From NCBI GenBank assembly GCA_003487265.1, contig DNEP01000006.1, positions 3,276-67,275 on the forward strand: a stretch of 64,000 bases of DNA. The letters run 5' to 3'. The translations under genes were made by a program, and so were the position numbers. Source of the DNA: Minisyncoccota bacterium (GTDB lineage: Bacteria; Patescibacteriota; Microgenomatia; UBA1400; UBA12028). Below, one piece after another: positions 50,516 through 59,704 of this stretch (its first letter is position 1; each line of letters starts with the position of its first letter). The notes under the pieces were generated by a model that saw only the letters and a program-made list of their open reading frames with translations, did no database searches and was not told where the DNA came from.

Positions 50516-51193
50516 ATGATTCTTGATTACATTTTTCCCAAAGTCTGTCTTTCGTGCGGGAAATGGGGCGAATATCTGTGCGCAAATTGTAAATCAAGTG
50601 CAAAATACTTTGATTTTTCGCTGTGTCCAATGTGTGATCGACCTACTAAAAATGGAAAAACGCACGATGTCTGTCGTTTACCTCTGGGCTTGGATGGATT
50701 TCTGTGCTTTTCGCAGTACGCGGAGCCCGTTTCCACTGTTGTGCATTCCATTAAGTATGAAGGCGTTTTTGATGCGATTCGGGAACAAGAAAAAACGATC
50801 GAGGAGCGGTGGCCTGCGTATGCGCCCGCGTTTGATTCGATCATCGCGATTCCCATGACACCTCGAAAAAAACAATCGCGTGGATATAATCAAGCGGAGT
50901 TATTGGCGCGAAAGCTTGCTGAGTTCTTGCGCGTGCCACATGACAGTTCCGCGTTGATCAAAATTCGCGATACGGTTCCGCAGATGCGCTTGTCGAAAGC
51001 GGAGCGAGTGCAAAACAGCGCGTTGAAGCAATCGTTTGTGTGTATTTATCCAAGCAGAATTCGAGGAAAAACCATTGCGTTGGTGGATGACGTCGCAACC
51101 ACGCGCTCAACCTTGCTTTTTGCGTGTCACGTGTTGAAAAAAGCGGGCGCGCAAGAAGTGTGGGGCGTGGTGTACGCGCACGCGTATGGATAG
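50516..51193 (+). CDS. comF: ComF family phosphoribosyltransferase-like protein
   Basis: FPKVCLSC..CANC..CPMC zinc ribbon, RGYNQAELLA, LVDDVATT. Confidence 0.9.
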   Translation: MILDYIFPKVCLSCGKWGEYLCANCKSSAKYFDFSLCPMCDRPTKNGKTHDVCRLPLGLDGFLCFSQYAEPVSTVVHSIKYEGVFDAIREQEKTIEERWPAYAPAFDSIIAIPMTPRKKQSRGYNQAELLARKLAEFLRVPHDSSALIKIRDTVPQMRLSKAERVQNSALKQSFVCIYPSRIRGKTIALVDDVATTRSTLLFACHVLKKAGAQEVWGVVYAHAYG

Positions 51194-51274
51194 ATATATG
51201 AGCTTGAGTTAAGTCTTTTTCTAGTAATATTATTTGATATACTCTTATGAATAGTAAATCAAGGGAGAATTCAT

Positions 51275-51541
51275 ATGAATAATCAAGAGGATGGTCAAGA
51301 CAAGAGAATGGCAGAAATGTTACATCAAGATCAAGTGAGAGCAGGTCTTGATGTTATTTTAAGAGCGATAACTCCGGCGGGTGTTGATCTGACTGATGAA
51401 ATGGCTGAGTAACTATTGCAATTGTTAAGAGAAAAAACCAATATGGGTGTAAACGGTTTTGAAAAACTCAAAGAAGGTTTGGCTACCATGGGGTTGGCTC
51501 AGTCTATGGATGACGACGACTTACCTACTAATGAGGGTTAA
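51275..51541 (+). pseudogene. 88-codon ORF interrupted by an in-frame TAA at 51410
   Basis: SD aagggag; MNNQEDGQDKR...DEMAE*LLQLLREK...DLPTNEG* reads as one protein. Confidence 0.5.
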
Positions 51542-51601
51542 AATAGTCTTGAAAGAAATTCAGACGTACAATTTTTCATTTTGGTTAATTGTTCAACCTT
51601 T

Positions 51602-51999
51602 TGTGGAGATGCGCGGGAATGACCCGCGGTCCGCAGGAGCAAATCATCATCTTCTACAAGCGTAGTGTCTTTTTGAATAGGACGAGTGGTGGAGAAACAA
51701 ACCGTTCTCGTTCTTCTGGTAGAAAGGCTTACGCGGTCGCCCTACCAATGCGATCGCAGTCACACTGACTGTGTTCCCACCCTGTTCCCTCCATCAGTGA
51801 GAGAGAAGAACAGAATGCCTTACGTTCACGCAAAAGCGAGGACGCTTGGAGCTGGAGAAAGGAAGGAAGCGATGCTTGCCAAAATGTCTCCGGCTGTCTG
51901 TCGAATTGATTTGACAGTTGTGTTTTTGATGCTTTTACGGTTTCATCAAACCGGCTTGCAGATGGTAAAGAGCCCGCCACGTCGATTCAATACATCCCC
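51602..51999 (-). ncRNA. ssrA: tmRNA
   Basis: 5' GGGGATGTATTGAATCGAC; 3' CGCGG-GTCATTC-CCGCG-CATCTCCA; tag ORF 51915-51826 ending LAFA*; TGcTATAAT at 52066-74. Confidence 0.9.
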
Positions 52000-52179
52000 T
52001 GATTCGCTGAGGAGCCTCCCTTGGCGTTTGACCGCCTCGAGGAGATTCTTCGAGTGACTGGGGGTATTATAGCATGAAGAGAAACACGTCTAGTTTTTAG
52101 AGTGTTCTAGATGCAATTTCACATTTGTCAGCTAAAAGTAAGGCATTTCCGATATCGTATTTTCAAGAAAGGAGGAAAT

Positions 52180-52290
52180 ATGGCAAAAATGATGCAAAAA
52201 TTGTTACGATATAAAGATGCTCGGAATAAAAACCGCGGTAGCATATTATCATCGCTTTCTTCGTCTATGGAACCCTGGGCAACCGAGTAG
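52180..52290 (+). CDS. Putative 36-aa peptide overlapping the kinase start
   Basis: AAGGAGG-aaat-ATG; MAKMMQKLLRYKDARNKNRGSILSSLSSSMEPWATE*. Confidence 0.3.
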   Translation: MAKMMQKLLRYKDARNKNRGSILSSLSSSMEPWATE

Positions 52291-53626
52291 CAAAGATGAC
52301 GCTTTTTTCATCTCAGCGTTGTATATTTCACTTGCGGGAATGTGTGGTTTGTTCTTTGTTTCGTTGGCGTATAGGATGCATCTCGAAATAATTAGCGTTT
52401 TAGTTGAAAAAACTGCGTTTTCTATAGGTGAGATTGCATTGATAGGTATACTTCTTATTGTGTTTTTGGTCAATATCAAGCAACACAAAAAAGAGGCGTC
52501 CATACTGTTTGTGTGCTCAATCTTTATTGTTGCGATATACCTTAGCTCTCGTTGGGGCGTAACGACTCCTCTTGGACTTTTATTCTACGGATTTGCAATC
52601 TCTGTCGCAGGATTGCTTTTTGGATCGCGGGCAACGCTTTATTGTGCAGGAGTAAGTAGTATCGCGATTCTGGGAATCTTTTTTATTCAGTCGAGCGTGT
52701 TTCCAGATCAGATGCAACTTTGGAAACGACAACAAACGATGATTGGTGACGTGCTGATGTATGTGACGCTACTTGTTTTAACAGGGGTTAGTTCGTGGAT
52801 GCACGCGAGAAAGTCAGAAAAACAGAACGTTCAGTTGCGTCACCAGCGCGATGATCTCGAGGAAGAAGTACAAAAAAGAACACACGCTTTGGAAGAGTCG
52901 AACAAAACACTCTACGATACATTCGAATCGTTTCGACGAGAACAAATTCGATCGTATCGGGAAACAAAAAATTTAGTTGCTGTTGGAAAAGTGACTGCGG
53001 GACTGGTTCATGATCTTGTAAATCCATTAACTTTTTTAGGAAATATAACGCGGTTTTTGAAAGAAACAGAAGAAACAAAAAGAATTCGAGAGGGAGTTCA
53101 AGAAATTTCTGATCTTGTCATTACGACAAAACAGATGATGAGCAATGACTCAATTGAGGAAATCTTTTCTGTTAAAACAGAGATCAATAAAATCTTACGA
53201 TTATTCCAATATCAATCGCATGCATTGGGAGTGCGGTTGTGCTTTGAGACTCAGACGAAGGCAAAGATAAAAGGATCGGCGGTTCGGTTTAGAGAAATTA
53301 TTGCCAACATTTTGTCGAACGCACTTGATGCGTATGAAGAGAAAAGTGATATAAGAATTAAGAGTATATCGATCGCATGTATTAAGAAAAACAAAAAGCT
53401 TGAGATCTTAATTGTTGATCATGCGGGTGGTATTCCCATGGCTATCCGATCAAAAATATTCAATCCGTTTGTTACAACAAAATCCTTGAAGGGTGGAACG
53501 GGACTTGGGCTTTCGTTGGCAAGGGAGATTGCGGAAAATGAACTTCGAGGAAGATTAGAATACGAATATTGCGATCCAGATGGTTCCAAATTTATACTAA
53601 CTCTTCCCATGTATACCAGTCAGTAA
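52217..53626 (+). CDS. Membrane-bound sensor histidine kinase (orphan)
   Basis: ~6 TMs; H-box GLVHDLVNPLT, N-box NILSNALDA, G1 DHAGGI, F-box FNPFVTTK, G2 GTGLGLSL. Confidence 0.92.
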   Translation: MLGIKTAVAYYHRFLRLWNPGQPSSKDDAFFISALYISLAGMCGLFFVSLAYRMHLEIISVLVEKTAFSIGEIALIGILLIVFLVNIKQHKKEASILFVCSIFIVAIYLSSRWGVTTPLGLLFYGFAISVAGLLFGSRATLYCAGVSSIAILGIFFIQSSVFPDQMQLWKRQQTMIGDVLMYVTLLVLTGVSSWMHARKSEKQNVQLRHQRDDLEEEVQKRTHALEESNKTLYDTFESFRREQIRSYRETKNLVAVGKVTAGLVHDLVNPLTFLGNITRFLKETEETKRIREGVQEISDLVITTKQMMSNDSIEEIFSVKTEINKILRLFQYQSHALGVRLCFETQTKAKIKGSAVRFREIIANILSNALDAYEEKSDIRIKSISIACIKKNKKLEILIVDHAGGIPMAIRSKIFNPFVTTKSLKGGTGLGLSLAREIAENELRGRLEYEYCDPDGSKFILTLPMYTSQ

Positions 53627-53680
53627 TCAAAACCTTCTATGTTGAGAGAGAAGTAAACAAACAACCTCAGTTGTAAGAAA

Positions 53681-53718
53681 AATGTCATTATGTGCTGATA
53701 TGGTATGGGAATGACATT
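53681..53718. promoter_or_regulatory. 9-bp perfect inverted repeat with 20-bp spacer between kinase and terpene enzyme genes
   Basis: AATGTCATT (53681-89) ... AATGACATT (53710-18). Confidence 0.45.
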
Positions 53719-53744
53719 ATTGAAATTGATATTCCCAGAAGACC

Positions 53745-55436
53745 ATGATTAATACGCTTTTCCGAGAACTTCTATTTTCTCTTGAAGAAAATGGATTTGC
53801 ATCAGCTCATCTATCTGAATCTCGCTCCCAAACCAACGTCATTAATCTCCCAACCTTCTATCCCATTCCTATTGCTCTCGAATTATTACAGCCGCACAAA
53901 CAAAGCATCCCTAAGTTATATGAAGAACTACAACGCATTCTTCTTGATCAATTTGATCCACAAACACAAACGTGCAACTGGCTTATTCGCTCCTTGAACT
54001 ACAATCTTGCTTCACAGCAGTATCCAGATGATCTTGACGATACCGCAGTTGCTTGGATCGCGCTTGCTTCAATTCAACAATCTCTCGATCCGAAAAAGCT
54101 TGCGGTGCTTACGCAAACGCTCATTTCTTGTGAACAATCCGAGGGTGGTCCATACAGCACGTGGGTGGTTAATACTGAAGATTCCGTATGGAACGACTGT
54201 GATCCTGTGGTGAATGCGAACATTGCGCGCATGCTCACAAAACTCGGAGTGAATGTTGATCCGCTTCACGAGTGGATTCTCTCCGCAATAGAAAAGAATA
54301 TCGCATCACCATATTACAAAGGAACGCAAACACAAATATATTTTCTCCTCCGATACTTTGAAGCTTGTGGGGAGTATCTATCCGTCGCATTTTTAATAAA
54401 GTATCAAACAATTAATGCTGAAGTTATTACGCAAGCGAGAAAAGCACTCAAAACATCGATATACGACGGAGAAAAACTCATGTTGATTTCCGGTCTTGCT
54501 CGAGTTAAGGAAATTGAACAGGATTTAATTGACGAAATTCCTACCCTTAAACCCGCTTGGTTTCCATTCTGTTTAGATCATCAAAAAAGTGATGGGACGT
54601 TTTATTCAGGTACCAAACTTCTTGCAGAAGTATTTTTACTCGACGTGTTGCATTCTTTGCAATCAAAAACTCAAAAAGAAGAAGGTGTTCCCGTTCCTCA
54701 GCGATGGAAAAAAATCATCAGCTTACTTCCACAGATGATTGCGGATTCATATCAGGAAAAAATCACGCCAGTTCAGCAAAAACAAATCCAAAAACTACTC
54801 GATCTACTACTAAACGCATGGATTGTGTTCACCGCCTTTGATGATTTGTATGACAAAGACAACGACACGATTGACTTTCATACAATTCTCCCCAAGTTGG
54901 ATCGGATGTACGCAATCTCTCATGATTTGCAGATTCAATCACTCGTTTCACAACAAATCGCGCGTTGGCTCGCGCATCTCAAAAATCACAACAAGCTTGT
55001 CGGATTCTTATCATTTGAAGCACTGATTCTTGCACAAATACTCCATGTACCACATTCACAAATAAAAGCATGTCTTTCGGTTTTAGATCTCTACGAATCA
55101 ATTTCTCAACTCCATGATGACCTCCATGACTGTGTTGAAGATTGGCGTGCAAAAAGAAAAACAAAAGTCACAACATATCTTTTCCGACATGTTTCCGAGA
55201 ATGGCACATCTCAAAAACTATTCAAGATCATCGAAAAAAAAGCAATTCCACATTTTCTCACTGTGATGACTAACCGTGTGCAACTCGAAAAAGAACGGTT
55301 TTTATCTGTCGATCTGCTCAATAATCAACCTTTTCTTCAGATAATTTCCGATCTCGAACACCTCATCGACCGTGCCCGCACCAATCTTCTCGATCAAGAT
55401 CTCTTTCTTGACCAATTCTTGCGAGATGATGCGTAA
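53745..55436 (+). CDS. Class II terpene cyclase (DxDD) fused to a DDxxD isoprenoid synthase-fold domain
   Basis: YPDDLDDTA, QSEGGPYSTW, DPVVNANI; then FDDLYD and QLHDDLHDCVEDW. Confidence 0.7.
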   Translation: MINTLFRELLFSLEENGFASAHLSESRSQTNVINLPTFYPIPIALELLQPHKQSIPKLYEELQRILLDQFDPQTQTCNWLIRSLNYNLASQQYPDDLDDTAVAWIALASIQQSLDPKKLAVLTQTLISCEQSEGGPYSTWVVNTEDSVWNDCDPVVNANIARMLTKLGVNVDPLHEWILSAIEKNIASPYYKGTQTQIYFLLRYFEACGEYLSVAFLIKYQTINAEVITQARKALKTSIYDGEKLMLISGLARVKEIEQDLIDEIPTLKPAWFPFCLDHQKSDGTFYSGTKLLAEVFLLDVLHSLQSKTQKEEGVPVPQRWKKIISLLPQMIADSYQEKITPVQQKQIQKLLDLLLNAWIVFTAFDDLYDKDNDTIDFHTILPKLDRMYAISHDLQIQSLVSQQIARWLAHLKNHNKLVGFLSFEALILAQILHVPHSQIKACLSVLDLYESISQLHDDLHDCVEDWRAKRKTKVTTYLFRHVSENGTSQKLFKIIEKKAIPHFLTVMTNRVQLEKERFLSVDLLNNQPFLQIISDLEHLIDRARTNLLDQDLFLDQFLRDDA

Positions 55437-55453
55437 GGCGCTATGCTAGTACT

Positions 55454-56005
55454 ATGCCTGACGCCCCAATGACTGCAGTAAATCAAGTGCCATCTGCGCC
55501 ACAACCTTCCAATCTGCAAGAAGAGGAGCTCGTTGTTGGCTGGCAGTCCATGAATCGCGTCTTCAAGAAACGCTCGCGCGAGTACTACACCTCGATCGCG
55601 ACAATCGCGTTCCTCGTGAGCGTGCTGTTGTTCTTTTTCAACCTCTACATGTTGATCTTTGTCATCATTGCGCTCGCGTTCGCGTCCTACGCGCTTGCGC
55701 TCGTTCCCCCAGAAATGGCCGAACATATCGTCACGAGTTATGGCCTGTATACCTCCGATCGGTTTTACTCGTGGAGCGAGATGGAGCGCTTTTGGTTTTC
55801 AAATAGACTTGGACATCGACTGTTGTCCGTTGAGCTTAAAGGAAAACTCGTGCGACGAGTGACCGTTTTGTTGGGTGAGGTGCCCGAAGACGACCTGCGC
55901 GCCATTTTTCAACAGTTTTTGCCCGAACACCGCCCCCTTCAAACCGTTTTCGAGAAAATGGTGGACTGGTTCGAGACACATTTTCCCATGGACGCAAAAG
56001 AATAG
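55454..56005 (+). CDS. Conserved two-TM CPR membrane protein (DUF5673/PH-like)
   Basis: RVFKKRSREYY, 2 TM, YSWSEMERFWF. Confidence 0.65.
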   Translation: MPDAPMTAVNQVPSAPQPSNLQEEELVVGWQSMNRVFKKRSREYYTSIATIAFLVSVLLFFFNLYMLIFVIIALAFASYALALVPPEMAEHIVTSYGLYTSDRFYSWSEMERFWFSNRLGHRLLSVELKGKLVRRVTVLLGEVPEDDLRAIFQQFLPEHRPLQTVFEKMVDWFETHFPMDAKE

Positions 56006-56081
56006 GCACGCATTCAAGGACACTTTCTGATAAAACGGATCCCCTGCGAAATCGCGCCTCTCGGTGTATAATGCAGATCAC

Positions 56082-56153
56082 GCCCTCATAGTTCAATGGA
56101 TAGAACATCGGTTTGCGGAACCGACAATTGTGGTTCGATTCCACATGGGGGCA
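56082..56153 (+). tRNA. tRNA-Arg(GCG)
   Basis: TCGGT-TTGCGGA-ACCGA anticodon arm, GGTTCGATTCC; CCA not encoded; TATAAT just upstream. Confidence 0.93.
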
Positions 56154-56196
56154 CATATTTAGTTTTTGAATGTGCGTTTTATGACTGTTTTGCGAA

Positions 56197-56287
56197 GGAG
56201 GGGTGCTTGGAGTGGTTTATCAGCCAGGTCTCGAAAACCTTGGGCTCCGCAAGGGGCACGCGGGTTCGAATCCCGCCCTCTCCGCCA
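56197..56287 (+). tRNA. tRNA-Ser(CGA)
   Basis: AGGT-CTCGAAA-ACCT, long variable arm, GGTTCGAATCC, ends CCA. Confidence 0.93.
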
Positions 56288-56328
56288 GCGATTAAGAGAA
56301 ATAGATAATCGATTGAGGAGAAAAACCA

Positions 56329-56769
56329 ATGGATTTCACCACTCTTCCCGACGAAAAAGACTATCGATTCGCGGCGATTCTCAATAAAAAGATCGAAGTG
56401 GGAAAATTAATGAATGCACTCGGTCACATGACCGCTGGATTATCGGGCAAAGTTGGTGATGCAGAAAAAATGGTCTTCCTCGATTACGTAGATAAGGATG
56501 GTGGCACGCATCCGGCAATTTCACACTTTCCCTTTATCGTTTTAACCGCAGACAACTCAAATATGATAAGAACGATAAGAAACGAAGCATTGGTAAGAGG
56601 AATTCCCTTCACAGATTTTACAAGTACGATGACCGTTGGAACTTCTCAACAACAGGTTGAGGCAACCGCGACAACGGCAGAATCAAATCTCGAATACTTT
56701 GGCATCGTTCTTTTTGGAGGAACACAAGAATTAAAAGAATTTACGGGGAAGTTTTCTCTGTTTCGATAA
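56329..56769 (+). CDS. DUF2000 family protein
   Basis: GKLMNALGHM, YVDKDGGTHPAIS, LEYFGIVLFG, FTGKFSL. Confidence 0.85.
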   Translation: MDFTTLPDEKDYRFAAILNKKIEVGKLMNALGHMTAGLSGKVGDAEKMVFLDYVDKDGGTHPAISHFPFIVLTADNSNMIRTIRNEALVRGIPFTDFTSTMTVGTSQQQVEATATTAESNLEYFGIVLFGGTQELKEFTGKFSLFR

Positions 56770-56782
56770 GAAGGCGATTTTT

Positions 56783-57247
56783 ATGATAACTACACTTCCT
56801 CAAAGAAATGTACCTGCCAAAATATCAGAATGGCTGACTCGATATTTTCCTGCCGAAATAATTGCGATTATTGGAGCCATGGCAGGTGGATTACTTACAC
56901 ATTACTTTTTTCACAATCCCGTTTTAACTGCTCTCGGGGGAACGTGGGGAGAAAATATAGGATACTATGGAAAGATTTTATATTCCGATGTTCAGGCTAG
57001 AAAAAAAATGGATGAAAAAATTACATTCATCAGCATAGTTAAAGTTTTTCGTAATGCTATTGTTGAATTTGGTTTTGCAGAGTATCTTGATAGTTTTATA
57101 ATCAGACCATTCGCGATGTATTTTTTCCCAAAGTGGACTGGAAATGTTGTGCTTGGTTTATTTTTAGGTAAGATTAGTGCGGATGTTACTTTTTATTTGC
57201 CAACGATCTTTTTCTACGAACTCAGAAAGAAATATTTTAAGGATTAA
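56783..57247 (+). CDS. Hypothetical membrane protein
   Basis: WLTRYFPAE, ENIGYYG, EFGFAEYLDS, GKISADVTFY. Confidence 0.7.
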   Translation: MITTLPQRNVPAKISEWLTRYFPAEIIAIIGAMAGGLLTHYFFHNPVLTALGGTWGENIGYYGKILYSDVQARKKMDEKITFISIVKVFRNAIVEFGFAEYLDSFIIRPFAMYFFPKWTGNVVLGLFLGKISADVTFYLPTIFFYELRKKYFKD

Positions 57248-57336
57248 TCACGATCATACAGACCCGAACATTCATAAATAGATCATCCTGTGTTCTTCAT
57301 AACGTGCTACCAAGTTCGTCATGCTACGATATATCT

Positions 57337-58098
57337 ATGAAAAACCTCATCATCAAACTTTGTGTAGCGGTGTCATATCTCGCGATGATATGGGTGAATT
57401 ATCTGGCCAACGCCCTCCCGATCAACAACCGCTCCACCGGTGCCATCTCGGACGCCTATCCTAATTTGTTTGCTCCTGCGGGGATCACCTTTTCCATTTG
57501 GGGGCTCATTTATTTTTTGTTGGCTGGATATGTCATTTTTCAATTCACCACGCGCGGTCAGCAAAAAGAAAAACTGATCGCGAAGATCAATCCGCTGTTC
57601 ATTGCGACCTCACTGATCAATATGTTGTGGATTTTTGCTTGGCATTACGATTATATTGGCGTTTCGGTGATTCTGATGTCCGCGTTTCTTGTGCTCCTCA
57701 TTAAGATTGCCGATACACTTCGCACAGAATCAATGACCGCGCAAGAAAAACTGTTCATCTCCACACCTTTTTTTGTGTACTTTGGTTGGATCACTGTGGC
57801 GACGATCGCAAACATCACGGTTTTTTTGGTGAGCACTGGATGGACAGGATTTGGAATCGCGGATTATATCTGGACAAGCGCCGTTCTTCTTGTTGGAACG
57901 TTGATCGGCATTCTGCGTCTGCGCAAAGATAAACAGATCGCGTATGGCTTGGTTTTTTTATGGGCGTACCTGGGTATCTTGCTCAAACACACAACAGCGG
58001 GCGGTTTTGATGGAAAATATCCCAGCGTGATTGTCACGGTGATCGCATGTCTTGTATCACAACTAGTGTTTATTCTCAGATTGCGTAGTAAAAACTAA
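57337..58098 (+). CDS. TspO/MBR-like tryptophan-rich sensory membrane protein
   Basis: NYLANALP, FAPAGITFSIWGLIY, YFGWITVATIAN. Confidence 0.8.
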   Translation: MKNLIIKLCVAVSYLAMIWVNYLANALPINNRSTGAISDAYPNLFAPAGITFSIWGLIYFLLAGYVIFQFTTRGQQKEKLIAKINPLFIATSLINMLWIFAWHYDYIGVSVILMSAFLVLLIKIADTLRTESMTAQEKLFISTPFFVYFGWITVATIANITVFLVSTGWTGFGIADYIWTSAVLLVGTLIGILRLRKDKQIAYGLVFLWAYLGILLKHTTAGGFDGKYPSVIVTVIACLVSQLVFILRLRSKN

Positions 58099-58111
58099 AG
58101 GAGACACTTTC

Positions 58112-58597
58112 ATGAAAAATCAAATAGATGAAAACGAATGTTGTCCAAAATTTGATCCAGCGCCTTGGAACGAAAAAACATTTCATTGGGACAATAAAAA
58201 ATTCATTCAAGATCGCGTGAGAACATTTTTTTATATTCCCCTTAACTTTGGTTCGGTGATGACGCGATCGGTGAAAAAGATCGAGGACGCGAAAGCAAAA
58301 ATGTTGGAAGGCGTGGTGTTATCTGAATCTACGTCCAAATGGAACATGGATCTGTACATCGCCGTTGATCAACACATTCACAACGCGGAAAACACAACGA
58401 TGAACGGAAAGTTTGTGAGTAAAGTCTACGAGGGAAGTTTTCAAAATATGGGGATCTGGATGAAAGACTTTGAACAATTCGCGCAAGCAAAAAAGCTTTC
58501 TCTCACAAAAACGTACATGTGGTACACCACGTGTCCTCAATGTGCAAAGAAATATGGCAAGAACTATGTGGTGATTGTTGGAAAACTCGCCGACTAA
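58112..58597 (+). CDS. GyrI-like / small hydrolase family protein
   Basis: ECCPKFDP..W, SKVYEG, WYTTCPQCAKKYGKNYVV. Confidence 0.7.
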   Translation: MKNQIDENECCPKFDPAPWNEKTFHWDNKKFIQDRVRTFFYIPLNFGSVMTRSVKKIEDAKAKMLEGVVLSESTSKWNMDLYIAVDQHIHNAENTTMNGKFVSKVYEGSFQNMGIWMKDFEQFAQAKKLSLTKTYMWYTTCPQCAKKYGKNYVVIVGKLAD

Positions 58598-58601
58598 TGG
58601 A

Positions 58602-59606
58602 TTAATTCGCGCTTTTTTTCAATCTCAATACCGTGAGCAGAAGTGGTAATCCAACTCCAAAAACACCATACACGATCCAAAAATGTGGAATGACGCTTTT
58701 CCCATACAGTTCATAATAATATGATGCAGAAATTCCCGTGAGCGCAATCAAAATAAGATGTACAACTTTGAACGCGAGGAACTGACCAAACACAATCTGT
58801 ATGGTGTTTGCCCCAATAAACTGCATCGCGCGTTGCATTTTTTGTGGTGCGTGTTCGAGAAGACGTGCGCACGCATAGGCACAGAAAAATCCAATGAGAG
58901 AATCAAAAATCATAGACGGGTGATGTAGCGCGAGATTGGGAAGATATGAATACTGGTGGACTCTAAACAGCAAATACACGATCGCGCACACAATAAAAAT
59001 CGAGAGACGTGTTTTTGTGAACGATATTTTTTTAAATCTTCCTCCGCGTTGTAGACGCGCGATCATCATTCCAATCCAGATCAATCCAACTCCAAGCAAC
59101 ACATCTTTTGAGATTCCGATCAACTCAGTTTGTGTAAACACCGCGTACTCCCCAATCAGCAATGAAATAATCGGAAAAAGATGAAACGAGATGTGAACTC
59201 GATCAGCAACACGCGTCCACAGAAATAACGCGCACTCAGCGACAAAAAGCACAGGAAGAAACCACGAGGCACCAACAAGAGGATCGGTGTTTGAACCGAT
59301 GATCATTCCAAAAAGATATCGCGGAGAAAAAACTTCTGCAGAAACAACGAGACGCGCAAGGTACACCAAGAAATTCACAATCAAATATGGCAGATATAGT
59401 CGGCGCAAACGTGAAGAAAAAAACTTGATCGCTGATTTTTTCTCAACTGATCGTTCAACCCACAGCATCCCCGCGAGATAAAAAAACAACTGAACGTGGA
59501 AAAGGTACAACATTGCTCGAAACGGGGCGTCGGTGTGCCCAAGCACGATTGCGATAATTCCGATCGCACGAATGTAATCCCATAACGGAATGCGTTGGAG
59601 GTTCAT
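58602..59606 (-). CDS. Acyltransferase family 3 protein
   Basis: RIPLWDYIRAIGIIAIVLGH, FHVQLFFYLAG, RLRRLYLPY, WFLPVLF. Confidence 0.88.
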   Translation of the reverse strand: MNLQRIPLWDYIRAIGIIAIVLGHTDAPFRAMLYLFHVQLFFYLAGMLWVERSVEKKSAIKFFSSRLRRLYLPYLIVNFLVYLARLVVSAEVFSPRYLFGMIIGSNTDPLVGASWFLPVLFVAECALFLWTRVADRVHISFHLFPIISLLIGEYAVFTQTELIGISKDVLLGVGLIWIGMMIARLQRGGRFKKISFTKTRLSIFIVCAIVYLLFRVHQYSYLPNLALHHPSMIFDSLIGFFCAYACARLLEHAPQKMQRAMQFIGANTIQIVFGQFLAFKVVHLILIALTGISASYYYELYGKSVIPHFWIVYGVFGVGLPLLLTVLRLKKSAN

Positions 59607-59704
59607 ATCGCTTATTATGCCCGAAGATCTGCGAATCTGATATACTTCGCGTATTCGAAAAAAGATTATTCGCGCACAGCCTATTCTTGTAAAAGAATCC
59701 TCGC

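Noticed and set aside
51686-52057. ORFs of 123 aa (+) and 83 aa (-)
   Set aside because: They overlap the tmRNA, and neither is in the tag frame.
53682-53714. 10-aa ORF MSLCADMVWE as a pheromone precursor
   Set aside because: No SD or leader, too short, and coincides with the inverted repeat.
56288-59704. Genomic island integrated at tRNA-Ser(CGA)
   Set aside because: Accessory-looking genes, but no integrase or duplicated tRNA 3' end found.
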